Assembly: GCA_020833025.1 (NCBI GenBank)
Contig: JAJHRB010000033.1
Span: forward strand, 1-17,195
Length of the DNA: 17,195 nucleotides
From: Thermoproteaceae archaeon
GTDB taxonomy: Archaea > Thermoproteota > Thermoprotei > Thermoproteales > Thermoproteaceae
Reading direction: 5' to 3'
Shown here: one piece after another, positions 13,641 to 17,195 of the stretch
Layout: each line of letters starts with the position of its first letter
Numbering within the stretch: the first letter of the stretch is position 1
Made by a program: the position numbers and the translations under genes
Notes under the pieces: model-generated
Told to the model about the DNA's origin: nothing
Database searches by the model: none
Seen by the model: only the letters and a program-made list of their open reading frames with translations

Positions 13641-14573
13641 GTGAGCCGCGCGTCGTTCCACCACGTCCTGAGCCCCCACGGGTGGGCGGCCTGGCGCTTC
13701 CCGGCCCCCGCGGACCAGCAGGCGGTCGAGGAGGCATTCGCCGCGCGCGGCGAGATACCGAGGGCGCGCCCCGAGCCCCCCAGGCCCTGGCTCTGCGTCT
13801 ACCTCTGGCCGGCCCTGGAGCTGCCGCGTTGGAGGACGATGGACGTAGGCCACCACGCCAAGGCCATCACGCCGTCAGTGACGTCCGCGTGCCTCGCGCA
13901 TGGCGAGCCCCCGAGGTCGGGGGCCGTCAGGTGGGCGGAGCTCAAGCTGGGGGGCAGGCACTACCGCGTCACGCTCGTCCCGGACGCTGCAATGGCCGCG
14001 CCGCCGGGAGGATTTGCCCACAGGCTCTACATACTGTGCAAGGCCAGCGAGTGCGACCTCTCGCCTCTCTTCGCCCTCGCCGGCCCCCGCGACTTCCCCG
14101 AGCTCGCCGCGGCCGTGACGCGGGCCTACTACGTCGGGCCGGAGCCGCACCTGCGGTGGGTTCCCGGCTGCGAGTACGTTGACTGCGGCAACGTCAGGGG
14201 GATCAGGGAGGGAGAGGAGGCCCTCGCGAAGACGGCGCTCGACATCCTGGCCGACGAGCGAAGGCTGAGGGCGCTCATAAGGCTCACGCACGACCTCTCG
14301 CCGGACGCGCGCGCCGAGGGCTTCGAGCTGGGCCTCTGGACCGTCAGCCCGCGGGAGGCGCCGGGCGCTGACGGCCTGTGGAGGGTGCTGGAGGCGCACG
14401 TCCAGAGGCGGGACCTGGCCGCCGTCGAGGACGCCATCGCGACGCTGAGGAGGCTGCTGGCTGGCGAGAGAGTGGAGGGCGAGTTCACCACGGCGGCCAG
14501 CCTGGCGCTGATGTACATAGCGCACATGGTGCCGTTCCCGCGCATCACGGACAGGCTGAGGCTCCCGGCGTGA
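13641..14573 (+). CDS. Hypothetical protein, 310 aa
   Basis: Long ORF with normal composition, preceded by the promoter motif; no family recognised. Confidence 0.65.
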   Translation: MSRASFHHVLSPHGWAAWRFPAPADQQAVEEAFAARGEIPRARPEPPRPWLCVYLWPALELPRWRTMDVGHHAKAITPSVTSACLAHGEPPRSGAVRWAELKLGGRHYRVTLVPDAAMAAPPGGFAHRLYILCKASECDLSPLFALAGPRDFPELAAAVTRAYYVGPEPHLRWVPGCEYVDCGNVRGIREGEEALAKTALDILADERRLRALIRLTHDLSPDARAEGFELGLWTVSPREAPGADGLWRVLEAHVQRRDLAAVEDAIATLRRLLAGERVEGEFTTAASLALMYIAHMVPFPRITDRLRLPA

Positions 14574-15151
14574 GGTACCTGCTCCTCGCGCTCTCGGAGA
14601 TATCGCGCAGGCGCTACCGCGCCGACCTCGCGGCGCCCCTCTGGCTCTCGCGCCTCCTCGGCATTCCCCCGCGCGCGGCCCTGGCGCTGGGCCTTGAGCC
14701 GCACCTCTGGCCGCTGGCCCTCTGGCGGTCCGAGCCGGAGTGCAGCGCGCCGCCCTGGCCCGACCCCTACACGGGCGCGATACTGACGGCCGTGAGGGGC
14801 GGCTGCGAGGAGGTCAGGGCGAGCCTGCAGGGCGGGCTCACGGAGAGCGAGGAGGAGAGGCACCTCGTGCTGACCGCGGCGTCGCTCGACGGGGTCAGGG
14901 TGCTCCATCCGGAGGGCGGGGCGAGGTGGCGCGTCATGCCGCTGGACGAGATACGCGGGGAGGCCGCCCGCTGGCTGGGGGACAGGCTGGCGGAGCTCTG
15001 CGCGCCGATGATAAGCCCGAAGCTCGTGGCGGAGGCGCGCGAGTACGCGGCGCTGGCGGCGCTGGGAGCGCTGAGGGCGGCCCCCGGCGGGTACTACGCG
15101 CCATCGCCGCAGCTCCTGCTCCTCGCCTGCGTTTGTTTCAACCCTTCTTGA
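14570..15151 (+). CDS. Hypothetical protein, 193 aa
   Basis: GTGA overlap with the upstream stop; start reassigned from 14378 to 14570. Confidence 0.6.
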   Translation: MRYLLLALSEISRRRYRADLAAPLWLSRLLGIPPRAALALGLEPHLWPLALWRSEPECSAPPWPDPYTGAILTAVRGGCEEVRASLQGGLTESEEERHLVLTAASLDGVRVLHPEGGARWRVMPLDEIRGEAARWLGDRLAELCAPMISPKLVAEAREYAALAALGALRAAPGGYYAPSPQLLLLACVCFNPS

Positions 15152-15197
15152 GGTTCAGCGCCGGGAGCCCCCAGCGCCCCCGGCACCTCTCCCCTAG

Positions 15198-15207
15198 CCC
15201 CCTTTTT
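15198..15207 (+). terminator. C5T5 terminator-like tract
   Basis: CCCCCTTTTT three nt before the GGTT of the next promoter. Confidence 0.45.
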
Positions 15208-15210
15208 ATC

Positions 15211-15243
15211 GGTTTTACAAGCGGGGCGCGGTCCCGGCGCGCC
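15211..15243 (+). promoter_or_regulatory. GGTT(-33) promoter motif
   Basis: GGTTTTACAA at 15211, CC|GTG at 15244. Confidence 0.55.
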
Positions 15244-15978
15244 GTGACGAAGGCCTCCAAAGAGGGGAGGGCCAGCGTGGCGGCCGTCCTCGCGGAGCTG
15301 GGCCTCTACAGCCCGGCGGGATCGGGCATCTACGTCATTTACGGCGAGCCCGCGACGGGCAAGACCACGCTCGCCGCCAGGCTGCTGGAGGAGGCCTCCC
15401 GCGAGGGCGCGCCGGCCGTCTACATCGCGACCGAGCCAAACGTGCGGCTCTACGGGCAGTGGCAGAAGATCAAGTCGCTCCTGCCGGCGAGGGTGAAGTG
15501 CGACGGCGTGGAGGTGGACGCGGTGCAGTACCACGACAGCTACACGACGCTGATGTACGCCGCGCTCAAGGCCCTGCAGTGCAAGAGTCTCGTCATGGCG
15601 ATCGACAGCGTCACGGCGCTGGCGCTCCACGAGCAGGCCCGCCGCATGGCGGAGACCGGGAGGCTGGAGATACTGCCGATAATACGCGAGGTCAGCGCGT
15701 TCGCGAACGCGTTCGCGCAGCTGATAGCAAGCCGCCTTGCCTCCGAGGAGGGGAGGCAGGCCCAGGTCTACCTCGTGGCCCAGGCGAGGGCGGCCATAGG
15801 GCAGCCCTGGCACGGCGAGCCCCTCGCGCCGAGCTTTGCCTTGCGCGCGCAGCACAACGTGGGCGCGTGCGCCCGGCTCATCGTCCTCAACAGCGGCGAG
15901 AGATTGCTCAAGGTGGTCTGGCACAGGGACGCGAGGTACGCAGGCAAGGCGGCTAAGATACGCCTGGAGCCGCTCTAG
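15244..15978 (+). CDS. RecA-superfamily ATPase (RadB/aRadC/KaiC-like single domain); 244 aa
   Basis: IYVIYGEPATGKTT Walker A; VYIATE; MAIDSVTAL Walker B; VYLVAQAR motif; no RadA N-terminal HhH domain. Confidence 0.75.
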   Translation: MTKASKEGRASVAAVLAELGLYSPAGSGIYVIYGEPATGKTTLAARLLEEASREGAPAVYIATEPNVRLYGQWQKIKSLLPARVKCDGVEVDAVQYHDSYTTLMYAALKALQCKSLVMAIDSVTALALHEQARRMAETGRLEILPIIREVSAFANAFAQLIASRLASEEGRQAQVYLVAQARAAIGQPWHGEPLAPSFALRAQHNVGACARLIVLNSGERLLKVVWHRDARYAGKAAKIRLEPL

Positions 15979-15983
15979 GGGGC

Positions 15984-15993
15984 AAAAAAGAGG
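15984..15993 (-). terminator. Terminator-like tract for the convergent minus-strand gene
   Basis: Reads CCTCTTTTTT on the - strand just after the TAG at 16002-16000. Confidence 0.5.
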
Positions 15994-15999
15994 CGGGGG

Positions 16000-16793
16000 C
16001 TAGGGCCCGCCGGCGAGCCGCTGAATCTCCTCGAAGGGCACCTCGTTGAGCTTTCTGCTCCAAATTACAACGTATCTGTTTCTGGAACAGAAGCGATATA
16101 GCGGCGTCTCGCACGGCGAAACAACAATTGGCTCGAAGGCCAAGAGCTCTCTCGTTTCGAGGTAGCGATTGACGCTAATGATATAAGGTCTCATCATGGC
16201 GGACCACGCCTCGCCGTAGCGCTCGTTCAGCACGAACGCCAGCGCATCATCAAGCATAATAGGACTAATTATGTAAGGCCGCAGAACGTACAGCAGCCCG
16301 ACCACAAGGCGGCGGATGCCCTCGTCGTAACGCTTGAGGCACAGCGGAATGCCAATCTTGCTGCCGTCAACAAACCGCTGAAGCATTCGCAATCTTAGCT
16401 TGGCCCATCTACTCACGTCTGGTGGGTAGTTTCTCTCGCTCCACTCGATCAGATCGCTCAGGGTATTCGCCGAGGCCTCCTGCAGCAAATCTAGGCTCAC
16501 CCTAAAGCCGCGCTCCACCGTGAAGTGCAAGACGCTGCTAATGTGTGACACGAGGTACCTCTCGGCGCCCTCCGGTACCCCGACTTCTAACACCTCCCCC
16601 TCCTCGCAGTCCTTGACCCTCACGAACAGCGTGTTTAGACCCTCGCGCCGCGAGACGTTATACAGCGCTCTCAAAAACGTCGTTTTCCCCGACCCCGGCC
16701 GGCCGGTTAGTGGGCCCCGCGCGGGTCTGCCCCGGCCCACCGGGGCCAGGCCGCTATTAGCTGTCTCAGTATCTTCTCGGCCCTCCCTCCCAT
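16000..16793 (-). pseudogene. P-loop NTPase split by a -1 frameshift near 16715 (pseudogene or sequencing error); about 264 aa if repaired
   Basis: ATG 16793 (GGTT at -32, CC|ATG) reads MGGRAEKILRQLIAAWPRWAGADPRGAH* (stop 16709-16707). The adjacent frame continues LTGRPGSGKTT...IMLDDA to TAG at 16000. Confidence 0.55.
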
Positions 16794-16856
16794 GGCCCGG
16801 CCAGCGCGGGCGTCCACACTGAACCGGTTCAACCAGCCCCTCCGGGCCGGCGCCCC
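16794..16856. promoter_or_regulatory. Bidirectional promoter centred on the perfect palindrome TGAACCGGTTCA (16820-16831)
   Basis: The palindrome supplies GGTT on both strands, 32 nt from ATG 16793 (-) and 31 nt from GTG 16857 (+). Confidence 0.6.
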
Positions 16857-17195
16857 GTGTACCTACACTCGCTCCCCGCGAGCTCGCCCGAGGAGTTCGC
16901 CGAGGCGGTGATCTCGCTGAGGCGCCTGGTCGGCCTGGACGCCGCAAGGGGCTACGTCCTCTCGCCGTCTCCCCTCCCGCCGCCCTTCGTCGTGGAGGGC
17001 AGGGAGGAGAGGCCGGCCAGGCTCTGCGAGGGGAGGCCCCCGCTGCCGGCGGCCGCGTACTGGGCCCAGAGGAGACTCCCCCGCGCCGCCGCCTCCTCGA
17101 CGGCGCCGCGCGGCGTCACGTGGCTGAGGCCCCTGGGGCTCTTCAGGGTGGGCCGCGAGTGGCAGGTCGCGACGTCCTGCGTCGCGAGGCCGCCG
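16857..17195 (+). CDS. Hypothetical protein, 3'-truncated by the window edge (MYLHSLPASSPEEFAEAVISLRRLVGLDAARGY...)
   Basis: 113 open codons from CC|GTG 16857 with the promoter motif; absent from the ORF track because no stop falls in the window. Confidence 0.6.
   Translation, partial: MYLHSLPASSPEEFAEAVISLRRLVGLDAARGYVLSPSPLPPPFVVEGREERPARLCEGRPPLPAAAYWAQRRLPRAAASSTAPRGVTWLRPLGLFRVGREWQVATSCVARPP

Noticed and set aside
1-17195. tRNA/rRNA genes, att sites, integrase, transposase or relaxase
   Set aside because: None is recognisable. Intergenic gaps are short and accounted for, so no mobile_element feature is called.

Overview
This GC-rich window is very probably archaeal; a Thermoproteales/Thermofilaceae-like crenarchaeote is inferred from class III signal peptides, many GTG starts, GGTGA/GGAGGTG Shine-Dalgarno sites and Cys-rich proteins. 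Almost all genes are on the + strand. In order: a membrane-anchored surface protein; an archaeal type IV (Tad-like) pilus locus (two paralogous pilins, a TadC/FlaJ-like membrane protein, three small pilin-like proteins, and a TadA/VirB11-like ATPase with degenerate motifs); two small proteins plus ParA/MinD; a membrane-anchored HerA/VirB4/VirD4-family ATPase; a wHTH + HerA + miniature NurA-like cassette; five proteins of unknown function; a RadB/KaiC-like RecA-fold ATPase; a lower-GC, frameshifted P-loop ATPase on the - strand; and a divergent 3'-truncated gene. Two non-coding signals stand out. First, two homologous ~100-bp palindromic arrays of eight CAGGGG-type boxes (8739-8840, 11347-11447) bracket the wHTH-HerA-NurA cassette. 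Second, a non-canonical motif, GGTT about 32 nt upstream of CC|RTG starts, precedes most genes that have an intergenic gap. The gene set suggests a pilus-coupled DNA transfer/processing island, but no integrase, relaxase, tRNA or att site is visible, so mobility is inference only. All family assignments come from motifs read by eye; no database search was run.
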